A DNA stretch of 55,104 nt from Bacteroidota bacterium (lineage in GTDB: Bacteria > Bacteroidota > Bacteroidia > Bacteroidales > DTGW01). The notes below the pieces were generated by a model. That model was given only the letters and a program-made list of their open reading frames with translations, made no database searches and was not told the origin of the DNA. The stretch spans positions 1-55,104 of the forward strand of contig JAIFLP010000036.1 of assembly GCA_020049015.1 (NCBI GenBank). The letters are read 5' to 3'. The translations under genes and the position numbers were made by a program. Every line of letters begins with the position of its first letter. The stretch's first letter is position 1. This document shows, piece by piece, positions 16,341 to 27,018 of this stretch.

Positions 16341-16370
16341 GTCCGGTCTCCCAGACCGGACTTTTTTTTT
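16341..16370 (+). terminator. Intrinsic terminator
   Basis: gtccggtct-ccc-agaccggac (9-bp perfect stem) followed by T9. Confidence 0.75.
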
Positions 16371-16394
16371 ATATTTGCTTCAGATTTAAATTTT

Positions 16395-17096
16395 ATGGCC
16401 ATAAGAATCATTCAAAAACTAATTTACACCATTGTTTTGAGCTCGGGAGTTATATTTCTGCTGATGCTTTCGCTAAGCATAACTCCATTGCCATTTTATA
16501 CAGAACGCTGGTTAGGGCTTTCACATGAACACGCTGATACAGCACCTCACTACCTTGTTATGCTTGGAGGTGGTGGCATGCCTGGCGAAGCAAATTTGAT
16601 GCGTTTATATGCAACGGCCTTAGTATATGAAAAATGCACAGTAAAACCCAAAATTATTATTTCGCATCCTACAGATAGCATAGAAATGGGACTAATGATT
16701 AAGGAATTGATTTTAAAAGGAGTTAGGCAAAACGATATTCTTACAGAAGATGTAGGTAGCAATACACGTTCACAGGCATTAGGTGTAATGCAAATAATTG
16801 ACAGTATTGGCAAAAGCAAAGTTGTATTGATAAGTTCACCCACACACATGTACAGAGCAGTAAAAACTTTCAGAAAAGCCGGTTTTAAACAAGTAACGGG
16901 TCAATCGGCTTTTGAAGACATCACTAAAATCAGACTCCATTTTAGTGATGAAAAATTGGGCGGCAATAAGCATATACCCTCTATAGGAAATAATCTTTCT
17001 ATTAGATATAATATATGGAACTACCTGCAACTTGAAATACAATGCATGCGGGAATTTGTAGCCATTTTTTATTACTGGACAAAAAACTGGATATAA
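16395..17096 (+). CDS. YdcF/DUF218-family membrane-anchored protein
   Basis: 233 aa with an N-terminal TM helix. YLVMLGGGGMPGEANLMRLY and LISSPTHMYRA are DUF218-like blocks. Confidence 0.65.
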   Translation: MAIRIIQKLIYTIVLSSGVIFLLMLSLSITPLPFYTERWLGLSHEHADTAPHYLVMLGGGGMPGEANLMRLYATALVYEKCTVKPKIIISHPTDSIEMGLMIKELILKGVRQNDILTEDVGSNTRSQALGVMQIIDSIGKSKVVLISSPTHMYRAVKTFRKAGFKQVTGQSAFEDITKIRLHFSDEKLGGNKHIPSIGNNLSIRYNIWNYLQLEIQCMREFVAIFYYWTKNWI

Positions 17097-17099
17097 CCA

Positions 17100-18365
17100 C
17101 TATCTAAAGATAGTTTCATCTCTATTAGGCCCAACCGATACAATCGTTACAGGAACACCCGTTTCTTTTTCAATAAATGCTATATAGTTTTTGAGCGCCG
17201 TTGGCAAAGAATTGAAATCTTTAATCTTTGTAATATCATCATTCCAGCCGGGCATTTCAGTATAAATAGGTTCTATACTGCATGAAGTTTCAAAAGGCAT
17301 CCGATCGCTTAATTGTCCATTAATTTTATAAGCGGTACAAACTTTAATTGTTTCAAAACCAGAAAGTACATCCGACTTGGTTAAGAAAATATCTGTTACG
17401 CCATTAATCATAATAGAGTATTTCAGCGCTGGTAAATCGAGCCAACCGCATCGTCTGGGGCGGCCTGTGGTAGAACCAAACTCATTTCCTTTTTTTCTAA
17501 GATCTTCCCCTGTAGCATCAAATAATTCTGTTGGAAAAGGGCCACTTCCTACACGAGTACAATAAGCTTTAACTATACCAAATACCTTACCAATTTTAGA
17601 AGGAGCTATACCAAGACCGGTGCAAGCACCAGCGCAAATGGTGTTAGATGAAGTAACAAAAGGGTATGAACCAAAATCAACATCTAGTAATGTACCTTGA
17701 GCACCTTCTGCCAAAACACTTTTTTTCTGACTTAAATAATGATTAATTTCATATTCGCTATCGATAAGGGTAAACTGCTTTAATACTTCAATGCCTTCGA
17801 ACCAACCGGCTTCAAATTCTTTTAAATCGAATTGAAAACCTGTAATGTGAGAAATGCTTTCTATGTGTAATTTAGTTAAGCTTCTATACTTATCAGCAAA
17901 ATTAGGCGACAGTATATCCCCTACCCTAATGCCATTTCGAGCCGTTTTATCAGTATAAACAGGGCCTATTCCTCTTTGGGTTGAACCTATTTTAGCATCC
18001 CCTTTAGCAAATTCCTGCGCTTTGTCTAGAATTCGATGGGTAGGTAAAATGAGATGGGCCTTTTTGGAAACTAGAATTGATTTTTCGGGATTGACCATCA
18101 GTTTTTTTAAGCCTACAATTTCTTTAGCAAATGTAATAGGATCAATCACAACACCGTTGCCAATTATATTCACTTTATCGGGATGAAATACGCCAGACGG
18201 AATGATATGTAAAACATGTTTGATATTGCCAAATTCGAGTGAATGACCTGCATTTGGACCACCCTGAAAACGAGCAATAACGTCGTATTTGGGAGTTAAA
18301 ACATCTACCACTTTGCCTTTTCCTTCGTCTCCCCACTGTAAACCTAATAGAACATCTGCCTTCAT
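17100..18365 (-). CDS. purA: Adenylosuccinate synthase
   Basis: MKADVLLGLQWGDEGKGKVVD..., GPNAGH, TTGRPRRCGWLD. Confidence 0.95.
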   Translation of the reverse strand: MKADVLLGLQWGDEGKGKVVDVLTPKYDVIARFQGGPNAGHSLEFGNIKHVLHIIPSGVFHPDKVNIIGNGVVIDPITFAKEIVGLKKLMVNPEKSILVSKKAHLILPTHRILDKAQEFAKGDAKIGSTQRGIGPVYTDKTARNGIRVGDILSPNFADKYRSLTKLHIESISHITGFQFDLKEFEAGWFEGIEVLKQFTLIDSEYEINHYLSQKKSVLAEGAQGTLLDVDFGSYPFVTSSNTICAGACTGLGIAPSKIGKVFGIVKAYCTRVGSGPFPTELFDATGEDLRKKGNEFGSTTGRPRRCGWLDLPALKYSIMINGVTDIFLTKSDVLSGFETIKVCTAYKINGQLSDRMPFETSCSIEPIYTEMPGWNDDITKIKDFNSLPTALKNYIAFIEKETGVPVTIVSVGPNRDETIFR

Positions 18366-18464
18366 TGCTATTAATTTATAATTTACTTTTTATACAAAAA
18401 ACATCGCAAGGTAAAGTATTTTTATAAAAACAGAACAAATTAAGAGATGAAAACATTAACAAAA

Positions 18465-18953
18465 TCAAATTTTTACCTGTTCTATTACTATCGATTCTTT
18501 TTTCTGCGCTGGTTCATCTTCATTCTGTTTATAGCCATATATATAAAGGGAGTGGTGAGAAGGCGTAAAATTATGCATTTCGCAAGCGGTACGAATAATA
18601 TCCATGATTCTGGGATCGCAAAACTCTATTACCTGGCCACTTTTAATATCCACTAAATGATCATGTTGTATACAATGGAAAGCTCTTTCGTATTGAGCTA
18701 AGTTTTTGCCAAACTGATGTTTAAGAATTAGATTACTTTCCAAAAGAATCTCTATGGTATTGTATATAGTAGCCCTGCTGACCCTGTATTTTTTGTTTTT
18801 CATATGAATGTAGAGTGTTTCTACATCAAAATGTCCTACCCTTGAATAAATTTCATCTAAAATAGCAAATCTTTCAGGAGTGCGACGTTGCCCCTTTTTT
18901 TCAAGAAATTCAAGGAAAATTTTTCTAACTGTACTTTTTACTTCATCGTTCAT
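18465..18953 (-). CDS. Fur-family transcriptional repressor
   Basis: 162 aa. [52 protein letters not shown]. Lies upstream of purA on the same strand. Confidence 0.8.
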   Translation of the reverse strand: MNDEVKSTVRKIFLEFLEKKGQRRTPERFAILDEIYSRVGHFDVETLYIHMKNKKYRVSRATIYNTIEILLESNLILKHQFGKNLAQYERAFHCIQHDHLVDIKSGQVIEFCDPRIMDIIRTACEMHNFTPSHHSLYIYGYKQNEDEPAQKKESIVIEQVKI

Positions 18954-19031
18954 ATTTCCAATCGTGTAATAAAAATCGATGTAAAGTTACTATTTTTTTT
19001 TAGAATAATTAAAAATAAGATAAATAAATAC

Positions 19032-21260
19032 CTATTCCTCAGAAGATTCAACACGATTAACGAATTCAACTCCTTTAATTCTCAGTAAATTAGCGATCAT
19101 TTTATTTAGATCGTTGGAATTATGCACATACACTTCAACAAGTCCCTCAAAAATGCCATCATGAGTTGATAGATTTAAAGTTCGCATATTGATTTTGAAT
19201 TCCTTAGTGATAACAGTTGTTATTTCATTAAAAATTCCAAAGTGGTCAATACCTCTAAGACTTAATTTAACGAGAAATGACAACACTTTATGGGTAGACC
19301 ATTTGGTAGGAATTACCCTTTCGCTTTGTCCTGCCACCAATCGAACTGCATTAGGACATTTTGATTTATGAATAATTATTGATTCGTTAATAGCTTTGTA
19401 TCCAATAACATCATCACCTGGAATTGGGTTACAGCATTTCGCTATTACATATGAAGTTGACTCATCGGCATCGGAAGATTCGCGCAATAGGAAGGGCGAA
19501 TTTTTGTCATAATTTTTAGTTGGATCATTTTTATCTTCCTCTGTTTCTGAAGTAATTCCAAAAGTTAATTCCCAATAACGAATGAGCTTGCTGCGGGTAT
19601 TTTTCTTCAGTATTTTTTTTAAGTCGTCGAGATTAATGAGTCCGCTGCCCACTTTGCTGTATAATTCGTCTTTGGTAGCAACTTCGTATGAAGGTATTAG
19701 TTTTCGAAATATACGGCTATTTGGGTGAAGACCTAATTCTTTTAGCTTTTCTTCGAGCAGAACCTTGCCTTTTTCTGTTCTGTTTTTTGTTTCGGCTTTT
19801 AGTGCATTTTTGATGATATTCTTGGCTTTTGCCGTAATTACAAAATCGAGCCATTCGCGGGTAATGCGCGATTTGTCGGAGGTGATAATTTCAACTTGAT
19901 CGCCGCTGGATAATTTATAATTGAGCGGAACCAATTTATAATTCACTTTAGCACCAATAGATTTATTCCCTATATGGGTATGAATTTCATAAGCAAAATC
20001 AAGCACGGTAGACTCTCGGGGAAGAATTTTAACATCCCCTTTGGGGGTAAACACAACTATTTCAGACGAAAATAGATTTAATTTAAAATCATCTAAAAAT
20101 TCAATGGCATTAGACGTTGGATCGCTCAGCATTTCACGTATGCGGCGTAGCCACTTATCGAGTTCTGTTTCCTGAGGATTGTTACCTTTATATTTCCAAT
20201 GAGCAGCCAAGCCTCTTTCAGCAATTTCATCCATTCTTCGCGATCGTATTTGCACCTCTACCCATTTCCCTTCGGGTCCCATAACAGTAAGGTGCAATGC
20301 TTCATACCCATTTGCTTTTGGGGTGCTGACCCAATCGCGAAGCCTATCGGGCCGTGGCATATAAATATCAGTAACAATTGAATAAATATTCCAGCAAGTT
20401 GTTTTTTCTGGAATAGTAGGGTCATTATCAAATACGATTCTTATTGCAAATAAATCATATATTTCATCAAAAGAAATATTTTTTGTTTGCATTTTATTCC
20501 ATATGGAATAATAAGACTTTGGTCTGCCGGTAATTTCATAATTGATATTTTGATCTGATACTTTATCAATTATGGGAAGAGAAAACTTATTGATGAATAA
20601 AACCCTTTTTCGTTCATCGGCATTTACACGCTTAACAATTTCCTCAAATTCATTAGGGTAAAGATGTTTAAAACTTAAATCCTCGAGTTCCGTTTTTATT
20701 GAATACAAGCCCATTCTATGAGCCAGAGGAGCATATAGGTAAATGGTTTCACTTGAAATTTTCTTTCTTTTTTCGGGACTGAGCGAACCCAAAGTACGCA
20801 TGTTATGAAGTCGGTCCGCTAATTTAATTAAGATAACACGAATGTCGTCGGACAATGTAAGGAGCATTTTCCTGAAATTCTCAGCTTGTAAAGTTGAATT
20901 ATTATCAAAAACCTCTCCTATTTTGGTTAAGCCATCAACAATTGTGGCCGTTTTAGTTCCAAAATGTTGTTCAACCTGCTCAAGGGTAAAATCAGTATCT
21001 TCAACCACATCATGCAGTAATGCACAGATGATAGACTTTGCGCCAAGACCAATTTCGTGGTTTACAATTGTTGCAACAGCTAAAGGATGAATAATATAAG
21101 GTTCACCTGAACGACGGCGCATTTCCTTATGCGCATCGTGGGCAATTTGAAAAGCTTTTATTATAAATGCCTTATCTTCAGGCTGGTTACATCGAACACA
21201 ATTATTTAATAAATCATCAAACTGTTGCCTGATCTGTACATCTTCTTCCTGTGTCAACAT
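19032..21260 (-). CDS. Bifunctional (p)ppGpp synthetase/hydrolase (RelA/SpoT homologue)
   Basis: 742 aa. HD domain (HPLAVA...LLHDVVEDT), synthetase block (RPKSYYSIWNKM, DLFAIRIV, YEALHLTV), then TGS and ACT-like C-terminal regions. Confidence 0.95.
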   Translation of the reverse strand: MLTQEEDVQIRQQFDDLLNNCVRCNQPEDKAFIIKAFQIAHDAHKEMRRRSGEPYIIHPLAVATIVNHEIGLGAKSIICALLHDVVEDTDFTLEQVEQHFGTKTATIVDGLTKIGEVFDNNSTLQAENFRKMLLTLSDDIRVILIKLADRLHNMRTLGSLSPEKRKKISSETIYLYAPLAHRMGLYSIKTELEDLSFKHLYPNEFEEIVKRVNADERKRVLFINKFSLPIIDKVSDQNINYEITGRPKSYYSIWNKMQTKNISFDEIYDLFAIRIVFDNDPTIPEKTTCWNIYSIVTDIYMPRPDRLRDWVSTPKANGYEALHLTVMGPEGKWVEVQIRSRRMDEIAERGLAAHWKYKGNNPQETELDKWLRRIREMLSDPTSNAIEFLDDFKLNLFSSEIVVFTPKGDVKILPRESTVLDFAYEIHTHIGNKSIGAKVNYKLVPLNYKLSSGDQVEIITSDKSRITREWLDFVITAKAKNIIKNALKAETKNRTEKGKVLLEEKLKELGLHPNSRIFRKLIPSYEVATKDELYSKVGSGLINLDDLKKILKKNTRSKLIRYWELTFGITSETEEDKNDPTKNYDKNSPFLLRESSDADESTSYVIAKCCNPIPGDDVIGYKAINESIIIHKSKCPNAVRLVAGQSERVIPTKWSTHKVLSFLVKLSLRGIDHFGIFNEITTVITKEFKINMRTLNLSTHDGIFEGLVEVYVHNSNDLNKMIANLLRIKGVEFVNRVESSEE

Positions 21261-21366
21261 ATAAACCCTCTCAATAAAAGAAATATGAAATGTAAAGATA
21301 TAAAAAAAATAAATGAAGAGCAGTTGATATTAGATAAATTTAGTTATTAGTATTATTTTTGCGGGC

Positions 21367-22584
21367 ATGATAGAAGAACACGCAGATATAAAAGAATATC
21401 AGTATGAATTACCTGAATGCAGGATAGCACAATTTCCCCTCAATAAAAGAGAAGATTCCAAGCTTTTATATTACAAAAACAGCAGTATTACAGATACTTA
21501 TTTTAAGGAACTGCCTAGCTATTTAGAAGAAACTGGTATGCTAATATTAAATAATAGCAAAGTAATATATGCGCGATTGATATTTAAAAAAACTACTGGA
21601 GCTGAAATTGAAATTTTTTGTTTAGAGCCCTATCAGCCCTTAGAGTACTTGAATAATTTACAATCGAACCAGAAATGTTTATGGAAATGTTTAATTGGAA
21701 ATGGAAAAAAATGGAAAGAAGCGAGCATAACTTCAATAATAAAAATTGAAAATACTGAATATAAGCTTACTGCAACAAAGGAGAAGAGTGTGGGCAAAGA
21801 ATGGATTATTTCTTTTAATTGGGATGCTCCTGTTTGCTTTGCGGAAATTTTAGTTGCAAGCGGAAAGATACCCATACCTCCCTATTTGAACAGAGATAGT
21901 GAAAGTATTGATAAAGAAAGGTATCAAACAATATATGCTCAAAGGGAAGGATCGGTTGCAGCACCAACTGCAGGTTTGCATTTTACTCCTTCAATGATTG
22001 ATCAAATTAATCAATTAGGGATACAAACTGAATATCTTACTTTACACGTAGGTGCGGGAACCTTCTTACCAGTTAAAACTGACAATATATACCAACATAC
22101 TATGCATCAGGAATTTATTTCAGTTGAGCGAAAAGTGGTAGAAAATATTTTGAAAAATAGAAAAAAAACCTGCGCCGTTGGCACTACCAGTTTGCGTACC
22201 ATAGAAAGTTTATACTGGCTTGGTGTTAAAATTCATACCCATTCAATAGATAATAATAATAAATACCTTGAGATAAAGCAATTTGAATATCGAGAATTAG
22301 AGCAAAATATTAGTAAAGAGTTGGCATTATCAGCCATATTAAAATATTTAGATATTCATCAGAAGGAAGCTATTGAAGCGCATACTCAAATGATGATTAT
22401 AAAAGGGTATCAATTTAGGATATGCGACCAATTAATAACAAATTTCCATCAACCTGGCAGTACATTACTGCTTATTATTGCAGCTATATGTGGGAATGAT
22501 TGGCGCAAAATTTATAATTATGCATTAGATAATGAGTATCGCTTTTTAAGCTATGGCGATAGTTCATTATTAGAAATCCGCTAG
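21367..22584 (+). CDS. queA: S-adenosylmethionine:tRNA ribosyltransferase-isomerase
   Basis: 405 aa. YELPECRIAQFPL, GSVAAPTAGLHFT, VGTTSLRTIES, TNFHQPGSTLLLI. Confidence 0.9.
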   Translation: MIEEHADIKEYQYELPECRIAQFPLNKREDSKLLYYKNSSITDTYFKELPSYLEETGMLILNNSKVIYARLIFKKTTGAEIEIFCLEPYQPLEYLNNLQSNQKCLWKCLIGNGKKWKEASITSIIKIENTEYKLTATKEKSVGKEWIISFNWDAPVCFAEILVASGKIPIPPYLNRDSESIDKERYQTIYAQREGSVAAPTAGLHFTPSMIDQINQLGIQTEYLTLHVGAGTFLPVKTDNIYQHTMHQEFISVERKVVENILKNRKKTCAVGTTSLRTIESLYWLGVKIHTHSIDNNNKYLEIKQFEYRELEQNISKELALSAILKYLDIHQKEAIEAHTQMMIIKGYQFRICDQLITNFHQPGSTLLLIIAAICGNDWRKIYNYALDNEYRFLSYGDSSLLEIR

Positions 22585-23657
22585 TAATAATCAAGTACTT
22601 TTGCTTCACCTGAAAGAATGCGAAGCATATTCTCGGCCAGAGCTTCCATTTCAGCTTCACCCGGGTAAACTTTAATGCTGGCTATAAATGCTATTCTCTT
22701 GGAAATTTCATCAACAATAAAATTTGAATGCGACAAACCTCCAGTTAGAATAACAGCATTAACCTTGCCATTCAAAACAGCAGCCATGGCTCCAATTTGC
22801 TTAGCAACCTGATAACACATTGCTTGTATAATGGGAAAAACATTGCTTTTTTCATAAGTATCATCTTCTAATAATTTCTTTACATCGGTAATACCAAAGT
22901 ACGCGTTCAGACCTGCATTACCAAACAATAAAGACTTCGCCTCCTTGGAGGAATTAAATTTAGAAAAGCTTAAATCAATATAATCACCAGCAGGAATAGT
23001 ACCAGCCCTTTCAGGAGAGAAAGGACCATCGCCATCGAGAGCATTATTCACATCAATTACTTTACCAAGTTTATGTGCACCAACCGAAATGCCGCCACCT
23101 AAATGAGCAACGATCAGATTCAAATCCTCATAAATCAGATTGTGCTCTCGGGCATACTTACGAGCAATAGCTTTTTGGTTAAGAGCATGAAAAATTGAGC
23201 GGCGCTTAATCTGCGGAATCCCGGTAATTTTAGCAATCATATCCATTTCATCAACTATTTCAGGATCGGCTATATATGGTTTTATGTGCTCATATTCTTT
23301 TGAAAAATCATAAGCGATTAAGGCGCCTAAATTACTGGCATGCTGACCGCAAATACCATTTTTAAGGTCGTACACCATTCTCTCATTAACTAAATAAACA
23401 CCCGCGGGAATAGGACGTAATAAGCCTCCCCTACCCATAACAGCATTGATTTGGTTAACATCAAAGCCTGAATCAATGACGACTTTTTTAATTAATTGCT
23501 TTCGAAAAACCAATTGATCCGAAACTGATTCAAAACGCAGTAACTCATCTTTTGAATGATGAACAGAGACATTTAATAATACGCTTTTCCCCTTATACAG
23601 AGCCAGTTTTGTAGAAGTAGAACCTGGATTTACCACCAAAAATATGAATTCAGACAT
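22581..23657 (-). CDS. buk: Butyrate kinase
   Basis: Start trimmed to MSEFIFLVVNPGSTSTKLALY. Blocks GRGGLLRPIPAGVY, VAHLGGGISVGAH and the ASKHA fold pattern. No ptb gene is adjacent. Confidence 0.88.
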   Translation of the reverse strand: MSEFIFLVVNPGSTSTKLALYKGKSVLLNVSVHHSKDELLRFESVSDQLVFRKQLIKKVVIDSGFDVNQINAVMGRGGLLRPIPAGVYLVNERMVYDLKNGICGQHASNLGALIAYDFSKEYEHIKPYIADPEIVDEMDMIAKITGIPQIKRRSIFHALNQKAIARKYAREHNLIYEDLNLIVAHLGGGISVGAHKLGKVIDVNNALDGDGPFSPERAGTIPAGDYIDLSFSKFNSSKEAKSLLFGNAGLNAYFGITDVKKLLEDDTYEKSNVFPIIQAMCYQVAKQIGAMAAVLNGKVNAVILTGGLSHSNFIVDEISKRIAFIASIKVYPGEAEMEALAENMLRILSGEAKVLDYY

Positions 23658-23742
23658 ACAATACAATTTCAAATAAAGAAACAAGAATCATAGGTTCCAA
23701 ATTTAATATTTTTTTTACATTTGCAAGTACACAAAGTATAGC

Positions 23743-24633
23743 ATGGAGAATAAATCTGAATTTGTACTGGGCAAAAGAACAATATATCCTGAAAAATATA
23801 GTCCTGAATTGTTGTTCAGAATAGCCAGAATTGTTAACAGAAAAATTTATGGGATAGATGCGGGCTTATTTTTAGGTTACGATATTTGGAATGCCTATGA
23901 ATTTAGCTTTTTAACCCTTCGCGGATTGCCAGTAGTTGGCATATTAAAGATTAAATATTCCTGCACTTCGGAGTATATAGTTGAAAGCAAATCGTTAAAG
24001 CTTTATCTTAATTCGTTTAATATGTCAACGTATGGAAAAACACCGAAAGAGGGTATTATTGAAGTAGAGACGAAAATTCAGACAGATTTACAAGAATTAT
24101 TAGAAACAGTAGTAGAAATAAATTATTTTTCGGAAGAAGAAGTCATAGCAAGCAAAGAACAGTTTGTTACCCATGAGTGGAATGCATATAAAAAAATAGA
24201 AAACATAATTGACCCAGAAAAAATAGTAATAGACCAATACACAGAAAAAGTTGAATTACTAATTCCTTCCTCAAATAATGCCTCACAATTGCAAATGTAT
24301 ACAGATTTATTAAGAAGCAAGTGTAAGGTAACCATGCAACCCGATTGGGGTAGTGTATTTATATATATGAAAGGTGAAATCCTGCCTGATGAAGAATCAT
24401 TTTTGAAATACATTGTATCATTGCGTGATGAACAGCATTTTCATGAAGAAATTTGCGAATTGATTTATCACAGATTACAAAGTATATTTAATCCCGAAAA
24501 ATTAATGGTAACATGTTTATACACCCGCAGGGGCGGTATTGACATTTGTCCGGTTAGAACTAACGACCCTTCCATTGAACTTCCACAATTTGGAAACATG
24601 AATAAAGTAAATACAAAACGATACCGTCAATAA
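23743..24633 (+). CDS. queF: NADPH-dependent 7-cyano-7-deazaguanine reductase, bimodular type
   Basis: 296 aa. VESKSLKLYLNSF (QueF motif), VTMQPDWGSVFI, FHEEICE. Confidence 0.85.
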   Translation: MENKSEFVLGKRTIYPEKYSPELLFRIARIVNRKIYGIDAGLFLGYDIWNAYEFSFLTLRGLPVVGILKIKYSCTSEYIVESKSLKLYLNSFNMSTYGKTPKEGIIEVETKIQTDLQELLETVVEINYFSEEEVIASKEQFVTHEWNAYKKIENIIDPEKIVIDQYTEKVELLIPSSNNASQLQMYTDLLRSKCKVTMQPDWGSVFIYMKGEILPDEESFLKYIVSLRDEQHFHEEICELIYHRLQSIFNPEKLMVTCLYTRRGGIDICPVRTNDPSIELPQFGNMNKVNTKRYRQ

Positions 24634-26961
24634 TTATAAATAGAAGAAACGCAGCGAAAAATAGAACGTGCGGGGACGAGAAGAACCGTAAATATAGTTA
24701 CTGTCACGATATTTACCTAAGTCGAAATCATTTTGATATTGGTTGAATAAATTATAAGCGCCCAATGCTGGCTCAAACTCCAACGAATGATTTATAAACT
24801 TAAATCGATAAGAAATTTTGCAACCCAAGTCGAAGAAGTTTTTTGAAATAACCAATTTATCATCCGGCACTCCTATAGCACCGCCATAATGTGGAACGAG
24901 CATACTTCCTGTTAATACGCCGGAAAGTGCAATTTGGAGAGGAATTTTTGGAGTATATGTGTAGGTAGCATAGGCATATTGATTAGGAGAACGAAGAAAT
25001 TTGTTGGTGCCGGGAATTTGATTTGACCAGCTTACATGCGCATCATAATAACCTTCTTGAATGGTAACACCTGTTTCAATTTGCATTAATTTATTATAAT
25101 TGGCACGCAATTCAAGTGTAATGCCTTTAACTATCAAAAAACCACCATTTGTTTTAAGCAATACAGAATGGCCAAACGAATCAGGCTCCGATTCATTATA
25201 AACAAAAACCTCATTCAGTCGCGTATAAAAACCTTCAAGAGTAAAGCCATAAATGTAAGAATGTGTAGCCTTATCGTAATTAATGGAAGAACTCAAACTT
25301 TTGGAACGTTCTGTTTTCAGAAACGGATCGATAGATATTTTCTGAATACCCCCGCCAGACATTGCTATATGTATATCGCTATCAAAAGCTTGTGGTGCTC
25401 TATAGCCAGTAGCAAAAGACGATCTAATTTGCAACCCTCTAATAGGTCGGTATAAAACACTAAACCTGGGATTAAAAACAAGACCCTTTATAAAATTATG
25501 ATAATCACCCCGCACTCCAGATAGCAAAGTCAATTTTGGACTCAATTTCCAATCTGATTGAAGGAAAATTCCTAATGCAGCAGAAGATTGTTGAATAGAA
25601 TAATTATAAGCCTCAATTTTGTCATTGATTTCGTCAATAGTATATTCAGATCCAATTGTAAAAACATTTCTATCATTATTAAAAAATGAAGCTGCATAAT
25701 TCAACTGCCCTCCCCCATTAATGGTATTTGATAAAGAAAAACCGTAAGGTGGATTTAATTTGTAATTGATCATTGCTAAAGAATCATCGGGTAATATCCC
25801 AGTAAAATGCTTTCTTTTAGTATTTTGATAAGAGACAAATAGGTTATAATCAACATTTTCATTAACATGGAATGTATACTCTGTAATGGCAGAAAAAATA
25901 TCGTGATCTCTTTCTTCCGATTGTTGGTTCAGAAATGCAGGTTTATCAGCTATTTCGCCACCCTTACGGTATTCATGAATACTATTGATATTTACGTCTA
26001 ATCTCGACTTCTCATTAATTTCCGCAAAAGTGGAAATACCAAAAGAATTAAGAGAAAGAGAAGGCATTTCAGAATAATTGTCATTGTTAAAATCAAGAGC
26101 GTTTCTATTTCTTTTTCCCGCATAAATTATCATTCCAGCATTTCGCCTTTGATTAAGCACAGCAAGTGAAGTATTTAAGTAGTTTTCAGAAATATCTTTT
26201 CCAACAGTGGATACTTGATTTGATAATTCGAAGGAATTTGATTTTGGAGTTTTAGTTAGCACATTTACAGAACCGGCAATAGCACTTGAGCCATATAAAG
26301 TAGAACCACCACCCCTAACAACTTCGATGCGATCAACCATATTAGCCGGAATTTGCTCCAAACCATACAGCGCAAGCAAAGGATTGATAACAGGTCGTCC
26401 ATTGATTAAAATTTGAGAATATGAACCCGGTAGTCCGTTCATTCTTATTTGTGTGTAGTTACAGGTCTGACAATCTGTTTCAACTCTCAAACCCGGTTGA
26501 AAACACAAACCTTCTGAAAGTGTATTTGCCTGGACCAATTGCATGGTTCTTACATCTACTACATTAACAATAACAGACGATTCAGTTTTTCTTTTAAACG
26601 TTTTAGTACCAGAAACGACTACTTCATCAAATTGCATTACTTCTTCCTCCAATTGAAAATTTATTTCCATGGTTTTTCTGGCCTCTAATTGGATTGTTTT
26701 TTCCTGATTTTTATAGCCCATCATTTGCACCACCAATGTTATTTCGCCGGTAGGGAGATTGGTTATAAAATAATGCCCTGATTTATCAGTAACTGCTCCC
26801 ATAGAAGTTCCCTTGATACTTATAGTTGCAAAAGGAATATGAGCTCCATTTGACTGAACATCACCAAATATATTAGCATCGGATTTATCTTGGGAGAATA
26901 AATGCTGAGAAAATACAAAAACAATAGTCGAAATAGCAAGATATTTTAACATAAAATCCAT
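24634..26961 (-). CDS. TonB-dependent receptor with CarboxypepD_reg-like N-terminal domain
   Basis: 775 aa. Signal peptide, IFGDVQSNGAHIPFATISIKGTSMGAVTDKSGHYFITNLPTGE, a plug region (IEVVRGGGSTLYGSSAIAGSVNV), and a C-terminal aromatic end (FYFSLRFFYL). Confidence 0.85.
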   Translation of the reverse strand: MDFMLKYLAISTIVFVFSQHLFSQDKSDANIFGDVQSNGAHIPFATISIKGTSMGAVTDKSGHYFITNLPTGEITLVVQMMGYKNQEKTIQLEARKTMEINFQLEEEVMQFDEVVVSGTKTFKRKTESSVIVNVVDVRTMQLVQANTLSEGLCFQPGLRVETDCQTCNYTQIRMNGLPGSYSQILINGRPVINPLLALYGLEQIPANMVDRIEVVRGGGSTLYGSSAIAGSVNVLTKTPKSNSFELSNQVSTVGKDISENYLNTSLAVLNQRRNAGMIIYAGKRNRNALDFNNDNYSEMPSLSLNSFGISTFAEINEKSRLDVNINSIHEYRKGGEIADKPAFLNQQSEERDHDIFSAITEYTFHVNENVDYNLFVSYQNTKRKHFTGILPDDSLAMINYKLNPPYGFSLSNTINGGGQLNYAASFFNNDRNVFTIGSEYTIDEINDKIEAYNYSIQQSSAALGIFLQSDWKLSPKLTLLSGVRGDYHNFIKGLVFNPRFSVLYRPIRGLQIRSSFATGYRAPQAFDSDIHIAMSGGGIQKISIDPFLKTERSKSLSSSINYDKATHSYIYGFTLEGFYTRLNEVFVYNESEPDSFGHSVLLKTNGGFLIVKGITLELRANYNKLMQIETGVTIQEGYYDAHVSWSNQIPGTNKFLRSPNQYAYATYTYTPKIPLQIALSGVLTGSMLVPHYGGAIGVPDDKLVISKNFFDLGCKISYRFKFINHSLEFEPALGAYNLFNQYQNDFDLGKYRDSNYIYGSSRPRTFYFSLRFFYL

Positions 26962-27018
26962 ATTAAATTAATCATTAACAATGATAATAAAAAAATAAAA
27001 AGTGTAACTTTACAGCAT

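Noticed and set aside
23685-23742. Looked for a preQ1 riboswitch upstream of queF, and upstream of queA at 21261-21366.
   Set aside because: The gaps are short and AT-rich with only a promoter-like TACATTTG box. No stem-loop or pseudoknot with the conserved preQ1 core is visible.
21367-24633. queA - buk - queF arrangement as a possible novel functional linkage.
   Set aside because: buk is on the opposite strand, convergent with queA and divergent from queF. This is most simply explained as housekeeping genes packed together. The only real oddity is that buk lacks an adjacent ptb, which may lie elsewhere.
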